This document shows positions 8,886 to 18,865 of a stretch of 64,000 bases of DNA, piece after piece. Numbering within the stretch: the first letter of the stretch is position 1; the number at the start of each line of letters is the position of its first letter. The stretch spans positions 39,971 to 103,970 of the forward strand of contig CAVPWG010000004.1 in assembly GCA_963709425.1 (NCBI GenBank). Reading direction: 5' to 3'. Both the position numbers and the translations under genes were made by a program. Origin of the DNA: an uncultured Actinomycetes bacterium (lineage in GTDB: Bacteria > Actinomycetota > Thermoleophilia > Gaiellales > JAICJC01). The notes beneath the pieces are model-generated. The model made no database searches and was not told the origin of the DNA. It worked only from the letters and a program-made list of their open reading frames with translations.

Positions 8886-10791
8886 CGCCGCTCGTACCAG
8901 CGATAGGGCTCGACGTGCCCGATCCCGGCCGCGTACGTCGTGACCCGGCACGCACCGGCGTCCCGGAAGCCGGACGGGGCCGGATCGCCCGCCGGCGCGA
9001 GCACCCGCGTCACCTCCGGCGGCGCCGCTCCGCCGGCCGCGATCGCGCGGAGCGCGTCGAACCGCGGCGCCTGGGCCGGGATGTGCAGGTAGACGTCGGG
9101 AAACCGGATCCGCGGCCGCGAGATGTAGAGCAGCGGTGCGCCGGTCCGGGCGAACACCGTGAGCGCCAACGGGTCGCTCGGGGCCGGTCCGCGGGCGGCG
9201 CCGACGGCAGCCACCGTGCCGGCGTCGGACGATCCAAGGGCCACGTCGCAACGAAGCACCGGATGCTCGCCGCTCCGGTGGAGTACCTCGACCATGCCGG
9301 CCGAGGCGGTGGCGGCTGAGGCGCAGGCGACAGCCGCGATCGCCGCCGCCGCGACGATCCGGCCTCGCCCCCGCACCCGTCCGACGAGCCAGGCGGCGGC
9401 GACGCCGGCCGGGAGCGCGAGGCCGAGCGCAGCGGCTGGGAGGTAGTGGAGCACGCGCGTGAGGGCCGGCACTGCGCTGACGCCCGGGACGGCCGCCGCC
9501 GCCAGCGCGGGGGCGATCAGCGCGGCCGTCACAGCCGCGAGCGCGCGCCGGTCGGCAGCCCGCGACCGCGCGACGAGGACCGCACCGATGACTGCCAGCA
9601 CGAGGAGGACGGCGACGGCGACGACGGCCTGCAGGGCGGTCGGCTCGATGGGTCGGCCACGGGTTGTGCTCACGAGGCCGCCCAGGTCGGCCGATCGCCA
9701 TGCGAGCGGGCCGAGCCAGACGCCGACCACGACGACGAGCGGGGGCACTGCGACCCACGCCGCTCGCGACCTGTGGGCCGCCGCAACCACCAGGCCGACG
9801 ACCACGGCGACGATCCCGGCGACCGGCGATGCCAGGAACGCCAGTCCGGATGCCGCCCCCGCAAGGGACCACCAGCGCGGCGCCGACCGGTGGGCGGCCC
9901 GGACGGCCGCCCAGGCCGCGAGCGGCACGAGCGCGAGGCCCAGCTCGCGCGGCAGCGCAGGCGGGATGTTGCCGAGCGCCGGCGTCGGCGCCGGAGAGAG
10001 CACGAGATCGCCGCCGTAGCGGCCGAGGCCGCGTTGGAACGACAGAAGGTCGGCCGGCGTCGAGGACGGATCGGCGCGGGAAGCCGTGATGACCGCGGCC
10101 GGGCCTCCGGCCTCGAGCCACCCGATCCCGCCGCCCGCGACGGCGAGCACCGCCGCCCAGGCCGCCGCCGGCGGCCCGATCTGGAGCTCGACCGCGAGCA
10201 GCCAGGTACCGGTGCTCAGCCCGAGCAGCATCACAGCTTCCATCGCGATCAGCGTCGGGGTCATCGCGAGCCCTCCGGCCGACATGACGAGCGCCGCGAG
10301 GGCGTGCTCGAGCCACGGGTAGGCGTTGGGAACGTCGGCGTAGACGCCGCCCGGCGCGTTCCCCCTCCCACCAGCTGGCGGATCCAGCCCTCGTGCCAGA
10401 GGACGTCGGTGGAGCGGGCCGGGTAGTCGTCGCCGGGGACGAGCCACGCCGCAGCCGAGACGAGCAGGGCGGCCGCCCCGATCGCGACCACAGGCCCGAC
10501 CGAGTGGCCCGAAAAGCGAAGCGGCGGTCGCCGCGCCAGGGCGACCGCGACCGCGGCCACGACCAGCGCTCGGACGGCCCACGGCTCGCCGACGATCGAG
10601 GCGCCGGCGAGCGGCTGGAGCATCACGAGCCAGGCGGCGCCGGCGAGGCACAGGACGCCCACCCCGAGCCGCTCGGCCGCGGGGGCGGCCCCGAGAAACA
10701 CCGAGCCGCCGATCCAGGCCAGGGCGACGATCGCGGCGACGGCCGCGAGTGCGGCGGCGTCCGCTCCGAGGCCGGCCGTCATCGCGGCCAT
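8882..10791 (-). pseudogene. Large polytopic membrane protein (GT-C-like fold suspected), one frame switch
   Basis: The N-terminal ~146 aa lie in the frame of ORF 10261..10791 and end ...DVLWHEGWIRQLVGG. The rest lies in the frame of ORF 8882..10651, starting GNAPGGVYADVPNAYPWLEH. The switch falls inside the C/G run at 10359-10370. More than 10 hydrophobic helices. The span is 1910 nt, not a multiple of 3. Confidence 0.6.
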
Positions 10792-10807
10792 ACTAGGATG
10801 GAGCGAC

Positions 10808-10878
10808 GCGGGCGTAGCTCAATGGCAGAGCAAGAGCCTTCCAAGCTCAAGACGGGAGTTCGATTCTCCTCGCCCGCT
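10808..10878 (+). tRNA. tRNA-Gly (anticodon UCC)
   Basis: Hand-folded cloverleaf. Acceptor GCGGGCG/CGCCCGC, D arm GCTC-AATGGCA-GAGC, anticodon loop CTTCCAA, T arm GGGAG-TTCGATT-CTCCT, discriminator T. There is one A-A mismatch at 27:43. CCA is not encoded. Confidence 0.85.
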
Positions 10879-10908
10879 CTCCACCTGGTTCTGGACCCGG
10901 TGGCGGCT

Positions 10909-11670
10909 TCACCCTGGGGCGCGAGCGGCAACGACGGGTTGGTAGAAGCCCGTCTCCTGCGGCATCCGCCACACGACGTCCTCGAAGCCGGCCCGCCGCA
11001 ACGCGTCCGACAGCGCAGCACGTGGCAGAGCGCGGCAGGTCGTCCTTCGCTCGGCCACCCTCCAACTGCCGGGGTTGCCCTCCATGATGAAGTGACGCAC
11101 GGTGTAGCGGTCGTCGGACAGCCAGTCCCAAACCTGGAAGACGATGCGCTCGCCGTCTTCGGTGGCATACCGGCGAGGCAGATCGCCGGTCGGTCGCTGG
11201 CGCAACACCTCGTCGTAGTCGCGGATGGAGGCCAGCAGCACCCCGCCACGGCGCAGAACGCGCCGTAGTGCGGCGCACGCGGCGTTCAGATCCGCGTCAT
11301 CGAGGAGATGCGGCAGCGCGTTGTCGAACGACACCGCCGCGTCAAAGCCTCCCGCCCCATCAACGTCGAGCACGCGGAGGTCGGCCACGCCGGTGGTCAC
11401 GGGGACCCCGCGCGCCGCCGCCTCACGCGCGCAGCGCTTGACCGACGCCTGGCTGATGTCGGTCGCCGTCACCGCGAAGCCGGTTTGCGCCAATCCGATG
11501 GCCTGCGTGCCGATGCCGCAGGACGCGTCGAGCAACGCACCGGACGTCAGGCCGAGGTTCTGCAGCAGTCCGGTGATGACGCCTGCCTGCCGCGCAATCG
11601 ACACGTCCCAGTCGGCGAAGATCAGGTGGTACTCGTCGGCCAGTTCGTCATAGAACCCTGCCGGGGTCAT
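10909..11670 (-). CDS. Class I SAM-dependent methyltransferase
   Basis: Motif I is LLDASCGIGTQA, with post-I TDIS and motif II FDAAVSFDNALPHL. ATG at 11670 (MTPAGFY). The ORF extends to a TTG at 11679. Confidence 0.85.
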   Translation of the reverse strand: MTPAGFYDELADEYHLIFADWDVSIARQAGVITGLLQNLGLTSGALLDASCGIGTQAIGLAQTGFAVTATDISQASVKRCAREAAARGVPVTTGVADLRVLDVDGAGGFDAAVSFDNALPHLLDDADLNAACAALRRVLRRGGVLLASIRDYDEVLRQRPTGDLPRRYATEDGERIVFQVWDWLSDDRYTVRHFIMEGNPGSWRVAERRTTCRALPRAALSDALRRAGFEDVVWRMPQETGFYQPVVAARAPG

Positions 11671-11732
11671 GACCCCCAACTATAGGAACAGGTGCCGCAA
11701 GGAACCCGCCGAGAAGGACGCGTTCCGCCCCC

Positions 11733-13232
11733 TCAGGACACCCGTGTGTCCTCGTGTCCCGCGCGTGCGGGGAGTCGAAGCGCGGCGGAGAGCCCGACTA
11801 CGGCGAACCCGACGAGGACGATCATCGCGACGACGTACGACCTGGTTCCGAGGGAGATGGCGGAGACAAGGATCGTGCCGGCGATAGCGGTGCCGAACGA
11901 CGAGCCGAGGTTCGACACGCTCCGGGAGAGTCCCGAGATCTCGCCTTGCTGCTCCTCGGGGAAGCTCGACTGAACGACGTTCACGGACGGTGTCAGCATC
12001 ACGCCGACGCCGAGTCCGAACAGGAACAGTCCCAGCAGGAACGCGGTTGTACGACCGGAGGTGTCGACGAACGGGATCATCAGCACCAGGCCGACGACTG
12101 CGGCGAGGAACCCTGCAGCGATCAGCCCCCGCTGGGAGTACCGCTTCGCCATCCCACGCGCCGCGAACGAGGAGATCAGGATGCCGGCCGTGGCCGAGGT
12201 GAAGATCAGCCCGGTCTTGATCGGGCTGTAACCGTGCACCTCCTGCAGGTAAACGGAGATGACGAAGGAGGTTCCCATCATGATCAGCCACTGCAGGTTC
12301 TGCGTGACCAGCGCCAGGTTGCAGGCCCGGTTCTTGAACAGGCCGGTGGAGAGCAGCGGTTCCCTCCCTCGACGCTCCAGCCGGCGGATATAGAGGTAGA
12401 AGCCGAGCAGGAGCACGACGCCGACCACCACGAAGGCAACGCACAACGCGTTGTTCACGCCGGCCTGAAGGATGCCGATCACGATGAAGAACATTCCAAC
12501 GGCGGACAGGACGGCGCCCATCAGGTCAAAAGGACGCTCCGGGTCGGCGGCGAGCGGATCGCTCAGGTTGCGGCTGAGGAGGACGATGATCACGACGATC
12601 CCCGCCTGGAAGATGAATGCTGCCCGCCAGTCGATCCAGGTTGCGATTGCACCGCCGATCAACGGGCCCGCCGCGGCGCCGAAGCCGGCCATGCCGCTGA
12701 TCACGCCGAACGCCCAGGCCCGCGATGTCATATCCGTAAACCAGACCGTCGCGAGGATGTACACGGGCGGGATCAGGAGCGCGGTGCCCACGCCCTCCAG
12801 GATCGAGTTGCCGATGATCAGCACCCCGAGGCCGGGTGCGATCGCGCTCATCAGGGCGCCGACGCCGAACAGCGCCAACCCCATGGTCAGGCACCTCTTC
12901 CGGCCCCACCGGTCGGTCAGCTTGCTGCAGGGGATCATCAGGATCGCCATCGTCAGCAGGAACAGGGTGATCACCGTTTGCACGCCCTTCACGTCCGTGT
13001 TCAGGTCCTTGCTGATGTCGGCGATCATGACGTTCATGTTCGAGCCGGCGAAGCTGCAGATGAACTGGGCGAGGGCGAGCGGGGCGATCAGCCTGCGCGC
13101 GCTACGAAGCGCCTGGCCGGACGCCTGAGCTTCCACGGCCGAGCTCACCGGCTGGCCTTCTGGCCGCCGTGTCGGGGAGCCGCTTCGGCTGGGCAGGACT
13201 GCTGAACCGGCACCATGCCGGCCTCCTTCCAT
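11733..13232 (-). CDS. MFS transporter, DHA2 (14-TMS, EmrB/QacA-like) family; start uncertain
   Basis: About 14 hydrophobic segments. DHA2-like motifs LTDRWGRKR and GFGAAAGPLIGG are present. Candidate starts are 13253, 13232 and GTG 13148. GC is lower than in the neighbours. Confidence 0.85.
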   Translation of the reverse strand: MEGGRHGAGSAVLPSRSGSPTRRPEGQPVSSAVEAQASGQALRSARRLIAPLALAQFICSFAGSNMNVMIADISKDLNTDVKGVQTVITLFLLTMAILMIPCSKLTDRWGRKRCLTMGLALFGVGALMSAIAPGLGVLIIGNSILEGVGTALLIPPVYILATVWFTDMTSRAWAFGVISGMAGFGAAAGPLIGGAIATWIDWRAAFIFQAGIVVIIVLLSRNLSDPLAADPERPFDLMGAVLSAVGMFFIVIGILQAGVNNALCVAFVVVGVVLLLGFYLYIRRLERRGREPLLSTGLFKNRACNLALVTQNLQWLIMMGTSFVISVYLQEVHGYSPIKTGLIFTSATAGILISSFAARGMAKRYSQRGLIAAGFLAAVVGLVLMIPFVDTSGRTTAFLLGLFLFGLGVGVMLTPSVNVVQSSFPEEQQGEISGLSRSVSNLGSSFGTAIAGTILVSAISLGTRSYVVAMIVLVGFAVVGLSAALRLPARAGHEDTRVS

Positions 13233-13303
13233 AGTCCCGCCAACCCTAGCCAAAGGCGTGTGCCCGCCGCCCCGGGGTGTCCCTCCGGCGGACAGTTTCC
13301 GAG

Positions 13304-13336
13304 CCGGCAGGGCGGCTCACCGAGCTGCCCTGCCGG
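13304..13336 (-). terminator. Hairpin downstream of the DUF7144-like gene (10-bp perfect stem)
   Basis: ccggcagggc (13304-13313) pairs with gccctgccgg (13327-13336) around a 13-nt loop. It lies 12 nt beyond the stop at 13348. There is no clear U-tract. Confidence 0.45.
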
Positions 13337-13347
13337 CATTCTTGGCT

Positions 13348-13734
13348 CTACGGCTCGCGCCCGACCGTGAGGCCGTAGATCACGAGCCCGTTGACGATCA
13401 GAGCGATCAACGCGCCCAGTGGAGCCGCGAACAGGAAGAAGAACCAGATGAAGATCGCGAACGATGCGGCGGAGACACCTAGCAGGGTCCCGGTGGGGTT
13501 ATCGGAGAAGACCATGAACCCGCCAAGGATCTGGACGATCCCGAAGATCAAGAGGATCCATCCCCAGGTGTCCTGACTCGAGAACAGGAACTCGTTCGCG
13601 AGGTAGTTGCCTCGATGGATCGCCGTGATCCCTTCGACGACGTTGAACGATCCCGCTATGACGAGCCAGATCGCCGCAAACGTCGTCCATCCGGTGAGTC
13701 CTCCGCTGCGTGAGTCGATCGACGACACGTGCAT
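13348..13734 (-). CDS. DUF7144-like membrane protein
   Basis: Start MHVSSIDSRSGGLTGW is preceded by GGGAGG. It shares the WGW-x-(H/I)L...G and C-terminal helix pattern with the paralog at 31552..31962. Confidence 0.7.
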   Translation of the reverse strand: MHVSSIDSRSGGLTGWTTFAAIWLVIAGSFNVVEGITAIHRGNYLANEFLFSSQDTWGWILLIFGIVQILGGFMVFSDNPTGTLLGVSAASFAIFIWFFFLFAAPLGALIALIVNGLVIYGLTVGREP

Positions 13735-13964
13735 TCCTCCCTTCATGAGGATGTATGAGCGGGTGATTCGGCACAATCCGCCGGCTTCCTTGTATGGCAT
13801 CGGACGCCTGAGGCGTACCCGGCGGCTCGGCCGACCTCACGTGGATAGGCGTCATCCGGTTGGGATGACGGTCCGCTCGGCGGCGATGCCTACGATCACG
13901 TCGCCTTCGCGGTCGGCGTTCGTCACCCGCCGATTGCCGGACACCCAGAGGGGAGGAGGAGCGC

Positions 13965-14651
13965 GTGCCTCGGACACGCCGACCGGGCGCAACACTCGTC
14001 GCCGGGCTCGTCTGCACGATGGTGCTCGCAGGGTGCGGCGGGAGCGGGGGTGGGAGCCTGCCGAACTCGCTGCCAAGCTCGCTTCCCACCCTGCCGTCGA
14101 CCTCGCGACCCTCCTCCCAGCCCACGACGACGGAGACGACGACCGAGTCGACGACCGCCACCGTGACGAACTCCCCTGCGGCGTCGAACCCCGAGAGCGA
14201 CACGCCGTGGGGCTGGATCGCGGCCGGCGCGATCCTGGTGGCGATCGCCCTCGCGATCGCGGGCTGGGCTCTTGGGCGTCGCGGTGGCTCCCGCAAGACG
14301 TGGAACGCGCAGGCGCTCCAGGCAAGGGCCCAGGGTACGGCGCTCCATGACACCGCACTGGCGGAGCTGATCGCCGCCACCTCGGGGAACCGTCCCGAGC
14401 GATGGCCGCCCATCGCGAGCGCCGCCGACCAGCTCTCGGCGTCGCTCCAACAGCTCCAGGCATCCCCGCCCAGCGACCGGGCCGCGCAGAGTGCGCAGGC
14501 GGCCCTCGACGTCGTGGGGACCGTGCGGTCGGCGATCGCCATCGTCGGCGGGGCGCCGGCCGGCCTTCCTCTGGACGAGGAGGCGGCCCGCACGCTGCGG
14601 CAGCGGCTGGAGCAGCTGGCGGCGGCGCTGCAGAATCTCAGAGCCGCCTGA
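13965..14651 (+). CDS. Lipoprotein with Ser/Thr-rich linker, one TM helix and helical C-terminal domain
   Basis: Lipobox VLAGC is followed by GGSGGGS. Then comes a low-complexity stretch TTTETTTESTTATV, the helix WIAAGAILVAIALAIAGWAL and an alpha-helical tail. GGGGAGGAGG lies upstream of GTG 13965. Confidence 0.6.
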   Translation: MPRTRRPGATLVAGLVCTMVLAGCGGSGGGSLPNSLPSSLPTLPSTSRPSSQPTTTETTTESTTATVTNSPAASNPESDTPWGWIAAGAILVAIALAIAGWALGRRGGSRKTWNAQALQARAQGTALHDTALAELIAATSGNRPERWPPIASAADQLSASLQQLQASPPSDRAAQSAQAALDVVGTVRSAIAIVGGAPAGLPLDEEAARTLRQRLEQLAAALQNLRAA

Positions 14652-14676
14652 TCGACGAGCCGGCGTGGGGCCAGAG

Positions 14677-15678
14677 CTAGAGGTTGACGGCCGCCATCCC
14701 CGCCGTGTCGTACCGCTCGCCGGCGACCGCGGGGAGCTCGGCGTCGATCCGCGCCAGGTCGTCTGCGGCCAGCTCGACATCGACCGCGGCCGCGTTCTGC
14801 TCGAGGTACGTGCGGCGCTTGGTGCCCGGGATCGGAACCAGGTCGTCGCCCCGAGCGAGCACCCACGCGATGGCCAGCTGGGCCGGCGTGATGCCCTTCT
14901 CGGCGGCGATCTCCCTGACCTTGGCGGCAAGCCGGAGGTTCGCGTCGAGGTTGTCGCCGGTGAAGCGCGGCCCGTTGCGGCGGAAGTCGTTCTCGTCGAG
15001 CTCGTCCGGCGTTGCGAACCGCCCGGCGAGGAATCCGCGCCCGAGCGGCGAGTAGGGCACGAACCCGATCCCGAGCTCGCGGCAGGTGGCCAGCACCCCT
15101 GCCTCCGGGTCGCGCGTCCACAGCGAGTACTCGCTCTGGACAGCGGTGATCGGGTGGACGGCGTTGGCACGGCGGATGGTCTCCGGCGCAGCCTCGCTCA
15201 GGCCGATGTGGCGGATCTTCCCGTCCCCGACCAGGTCCGCCATCGCTCCGACGGTCTCCTCGATCGGGACGGTGGGATCGACGCGGTGCTGGTAGTAGAG
15301 GTCGACGCGGTCGGTCCCGAGCCTCGTCAGCGACCCCTCGACGGAGCTGCGCACGTGCTCGGCGGAGCCGTCCTGCGCGCCGACGGTGGACATGTCGCCC
15401 GGCACGGCCTCGTCCATCCGTCGGTTGAACTTCGTGGCGATGACGTACTCGTCGCGATGCCCCTTGATCGCGCGGCCGACCAGCATCTCGTTCGTGAGCG
15501 GGCCGTAGAGCTGCGCGGTGTCGATGAACGTGATGCCCAGCTCGAGCGCCCGCTGGATGGTCCTGATGCTTTCATCCTCGTCCGTGGCGCCGTAGAACGC
15601 GGACATCCCCATGCACCCGAGCCCGATCGCGGAGACCTCGAGGTCTCGAAGCGTGCGCCGCGTCATGTTCGCCACCAT
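14677..15678 (-). CDS. Aldo/keto reductase
   Basis: Motifs [28 protein letters not shown] and LYYQHRVD are present. GGAGGAGG lies 6 nt upstream of ATG 15678. Confidence 0.9.
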   Translation of the reverse strand: MVANMTRRTLRDLEVSAIGLGCMGMSAFYGATDEDESIRTIQRALELGITFIDTAQLYGPLTNEMLVGRAIKGHRDEYVIATKFNRRMDEAVPGDMSTVGAQDGSAEHVRSSVEGSLTRLGTDRVDLYYQHRVDPTVPIEETVGAMADLVGDGKIRHIGLSEAAPETIRRANAVHPITAVQSEYSLWTRDPEAGVLATCRELGIGFVPYSPLGRGFLAGRFATPDELDENDFRRNGPRFTGDNLDANLRLAAKVREIAAEKGITPAQLAIAWVLARGDDLVPIPGTKRRTYLEQNAAAVDVELAADDLARIDAELPAVAGERYDTAGMAAVNL

Positions 15679-15700
15679 CGTCGTCCTCCTCCATCGCCGC

Positions 15701-15874
15701 CTACACGGTGGGGGTGCCCGGCGGCCGCATCAGGGCGCCGACGAGCCACAGCAACGGGATGAAGATCCCGAAGAAGAACAACCATCCATGCCCATTTCGA
15801 AGCGTCATGAAACCCAGGGTGAACAGCAGAGCCAGGTACAAGATCCCGCCGCCGATTCCGATTCCCCACCACAT
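15701..15874 (-). CDS. Small membrane protein (57 aa, two TM helices)
   Basis: [63 protein letters not shown] lies 5 nt upstream of the ATG. Below the ORF-track cutoff as a separate ORF. Confidence 0.45.
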   Translation of the reverse strand: MWWGIGIGGGILYLALLFTLGFMTLRNGHGWLFFFGIFIPLLWLVGALMRPPGTPTV

Positions 15875-16104
15875 GGTTTCCTCCCTGTCAGGGCGTTGCT
15901 CGGACATGCGCCCCCGATCGTCGCTCCGAGGACGCCGCCGGCCATCATCCGAAGAGGACGAACGACGGCGCGCACGCCGCCACCGGGTGCTCGGAATCAC
16001 CCGATCCGGGTGAGGCGCCCGGCAACCGATCGGCCGAGGCTGTACCGTATGCGCATCAGTGGCGGGCCCCCGCCCATCGCCGGCTCCGGCATGTTCGCAG
16101 CGGC

Positions 16105-17454
16105 ATGACGAGCTCCGCGAACCCGACGCCGCCGGATCCGGCACAGCTCCTGCGAAGCCGAAGCTACGTCGCCATCCTGGTGCTGGGCGCGCTGATCGGA
16201 GTGCCGGTGGCGGCGATCGCCTATTTCTTCCTGCAGGCGGTCGGCTCCTCCCAGGACTGGGTGTTCACAACGCTTCCCGGCGATCTCGGGCTCGACGGCG
16301 AGCCCGCCTGGTGGCCACTGGTCCCGCTCACGTTGGGCGGCCTCCTCGTCGGGCTGTCACTTCGCCACCTCCCGGGAACCGGCGGGCACAAGCCCGCCGA
16401 GGGGTTCAAGGCGTCCGGGCCGGTCGCGCCGATCGACCTCCCGGGCATCATCGTCGCAGCGTTCGTTACGCTGAGCCTCGGCGTCGTCCTCGGCCCCGAG
16501 GCACCGCTGATCGCGATCGGCAGCGGGCTGGGAGTGCTCGCAATCCAGATGCTCAGGCGCGACGCGCCCCAGATGGCGGTCGTCGTGATCGGCGCCGCCG
16601 GGAGCTTCGCCGCGATCAGCACGCTTCTGGGCTCGCCGCTCGCCGGGGCCTTCCTGCTCATGGAGGCCGGAGGTATCGGCGGCCCGATGCTGGGAGTCGT
16701 GCTCGTACCGGGACTGCTCGCCGCGGGTGTCGGCACCCTCATCTTCGTGGGATTGAACAGCTGGACCGGCTACGGCACGTTCGCACTGGCGATTCCCGAC
16801 ATCCCGGCGTTCACCACGCCGACCGTTGCCGAATTTCTCTGGGCGATCGCCATCGGGCTGCTCGCGGCCGTCGTCGGCACGCTCATCCGTCGTGGCGCGC
16901 TCGCCCTGCAACCGGTCGTCGAACGGCGCCTGCTCACACTGACGCCCGTGGTAGGGCTCGGCATCGGCGCTCTCGCGGTGCTCTTCGGAGAGCTCACCAG
17001 CCACCCCTCGTCCGAGGTGCTCTTCTCGGGGCAGGATGCGCTGCCCGGGCTGGTCCAGGGCGCGGCCGAGTGGACGGTGGGCGCGCTGATTCTGCTGGTG
17101 ATCTGCAAGGGCGTGGCCTACGGCCTTGCGCTCAGCTGCTTTCGCGGCGGCCCGGTGTTCCCCGGGATGTTCATCGGGGCCGCAGGCGGGATCGCGCTCT
17201 CGCATCTCCCTGGCCTGCCGATGATCGCCGGCGTCGCCATGGGCATCGGCGCGATGACGACGGTGATGCTCGGCCTCCCGCTGACCGCGGTGCTCCTGGC
17301 GACGATCTTCCTGAGCACAGACGGCGTCGCCCTGGCACCACTGGTGATCGTCGCCGTGGTGACCGCCTATGTCGCGTCCGCCCGGCTCACGCCGATCCCG
17401 CCGGAGTCGGCACCCGCGACGGCACCCGGAGGGCCTCCGCCCGAGCCTGCGTAG
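16105..17454 (+). CDS. ClC-family chloride channel / H+-Cl- antiporter
   Basis: ClC selectivity segments are GPEAPLIAIGSGLG, GSPLAGAFLLME and GGPVFPGMFIGAAGG. About 10-12 helices. Confidence 0.9.
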   Translation: MTSSANPTPPDPAQLLRSRSYVAILVLGALIGVPVAAIAYFFLQAVGSSQDWVFTTLPGDLGLDGEPAWWPLVPLTLGGLLVGLSLRHLPGTGGHKPAEGFKASGPVAPIDLPGIIVAAFVTLSLGVVLGPEAPLIAIGSGLGVLAIQMLRRDAPQMAVVVIGAAGSFAAISTLLGSPLAGAFLLMEAGGIGGPMLGVVLVPGLLAAGVGTLIFVGLNSWTGYGTFALAIPDIPAFTTPTVAEFLWAIAIGLLAAVVGTLIRRGALALQPVVERRLLTLTPVVGLGIGALAVLFGELTSHPSSEVLFSGQDALPGLVQGAAEWTVGALILLVICKGVAYGLALSCFRGGPVFPGMFIGAAGGIALSHLPGLPMIAGVAMGIGAMTTVMLGLPLTAVLLATIFLSTDGVALAPLVIVAVVTAYVASARLTPIPPESAPATAPGGPPPEPA

Positions 17455-17523
17455 CCGGTCCGGCTCCGCTTTTCATGCCGATCGGGCGATGCGGCGCCGC
17501 GGGCAAACCGGGACTGTTACGGA

Positions 17524-18225
17524 GTGAGCGTCGACGGCCCCGAGCAGGCTCGCCCGGCAACCGCCGACGAGCCGGTGGCGTTCGAGCCACGCTGGCCCGT
17601 AGCGCTCGTGATCGCGGGCTTCATTGCGATCACCATCGCGCTGCGCGTTCTCGAGCCGGAGCACGAGTCGCTGGGACCACACTGGCTTGCCCCCGGACTC
17701 GAGATTGCGATGCTCGGCGCCCTCATCGCGGCCGACCCGGCCCGCGTGTACGAGCACCGCCGCTGGCTGCGCCGGCTGTCGCTCACGCTCGTCATGGCGC
17801 TCGCCGTCATCGGGATGGTGTCCACGGTGGTGCTCGTGAGCGACCTGGTCAGCGGGGCCAAGGTGACGGAGTCCGCGAGCTCGCTGCTGGCGTCGGGCGC
17901 CCTGATCTGGCTCGGGAACAGCATGATCTTCAGCCTCATCTACTGGCTCCTGGACTCCGGCGGGCCGGCGGCGCGCTACCTCGAGCCACGGCCGTATGCC
18001 GATTTCGCATTCACCCAGCAGCTCAGCCCCGAGTTCGCGCCCCCGGGATGGCGCCCCATGTACGTCGACTACCTCGTGCTCGGGCTGAGCACGAGCATGG
18101 CGTTCAGCCCGACGGACGTGATGCCCATGGTGCCCTGGGCGAAGCTGACCATGACGGTGCAGTCGCTGATCTCGCTGACGGTGATCGCGCTCGTCATCGC
18201 CCGAGCGGTCAACGCCTTCGCCTAG
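17524..18225 (+). CDS. DUF1345-like membrane protein
   Basis: GTG start and four or five TM helices. The segments LIWLGNSMIFSLIYWLL and DYLVLGLSTSMAFSPTDV resemble DUF1345 as I remember it. Confidence 0.6.
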   Translation: MSVDGPEQARPATADEPVAFEPRWPVALVIAGFIAITIALRVLEPEHESLGPHWLAPGLEIAMLGALIAADPARVYEHRRWLRRLSLTLVMALAVIGMVSTVVLVSDLVSGAKVTESASSLLASGALIWLGNSMIFSLIYWLLDSGGPAARYLEPRPYADFAFTQQLSPEFAPPGWRPMYVDYLVLGLSTSMAFSPTDVMPMVPWAKLTMTVQSLISLTVIALVIARAVNAFA

Positions 18226-18232
18226 GTGATAC

Positions 18233-18862
18233 GTGGAGGACGGACGGAACCAGAGGCTCGAATTCCTCGCCACAGTCCTGCTCGCCGTGGCGGCGGTCGC
18301 AACGGCCTGGAGCACCTACCAGTCGGCGCAGTGGCGAGGCGAGCAGGCGCTCGACGCCAGCAAGGCGACGGCAGCCCGCATCCAGTCGTCGGAGGCATCG
18401 ACGCGGGCGGGACAGCTCACCCAGATCGACATCGCAACCTTCATTCAATGGGTCGATGCCGGCGCAGCCGGCCATCGCCCACTCGCGCGGTTCTACCGAG
18501 AGCGGTTTCGCGACGAGTTCCGGCCCGCGTTTGCGGCATGGATCGCGACGCGTCCGTTCACGAAGCGGGCTGCGCCGCCCAGCCCGTTCGCCATGCCCCA
18601 GTACCGCGTTGCCGAGGCCGTTCACAGCACCAACCTGAACACTGCCGCCGGCCGATACGCCGACGACGCCGGCGAGGCGAACCAGCGTGCCGACGACTAC
18701 ATGCTCGCGGTCGTGCTCTTTGCGAGCTCGCTGTTCTTCGCCGGGATCTCGACCAAGCTCCGATCGGGCCGCCAGCGGGAGGCGATCCTGGCGTTCGGGT
18801 ACGTGATCTTCGCCGGCACCGTCGTCTGGATCGCGACCCTGCCGCTCACGATCTCGATCTAG
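18233..18862 (+). CDS. DUF4337-like membrane protein (paralog A)
   Basis: Architecture is a TM helix (LATVLLAVAAVATAW), a ~110-aa helical segment, then two C-terminal TM helices. It matches the convergent neighbour. Confidence 0.55.
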   Translation: MEDGRNQRLEFLATVLLAVAAVATAWSTYQSAQWRGEQALDASKATAARIQSSEASTRAGQLTQIDIATFIQWVDAGAAGHRPLARFYRERFRDEFRPAFAAWIATRPFTKRAAPPSPFAMPQYRVAEAVHSTNLNTAAGRYADDAGEANQRADDYMLAVVLFASSLFFAGISTKLRSGRQREAILAFGYVIFAGTVVWIATLPLTISI

Positions 18863-18865
18863 CCG

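Noticed and set aside
15875-16104. A fluoride (crcB-motif) riboswitch upstream of the ClC gene.
   Set aside because: I could not find the conserved crcB-motif core elements on the plus strand. The channel also has canonical ClC selectivity segments rather than the fluoride-specific type.
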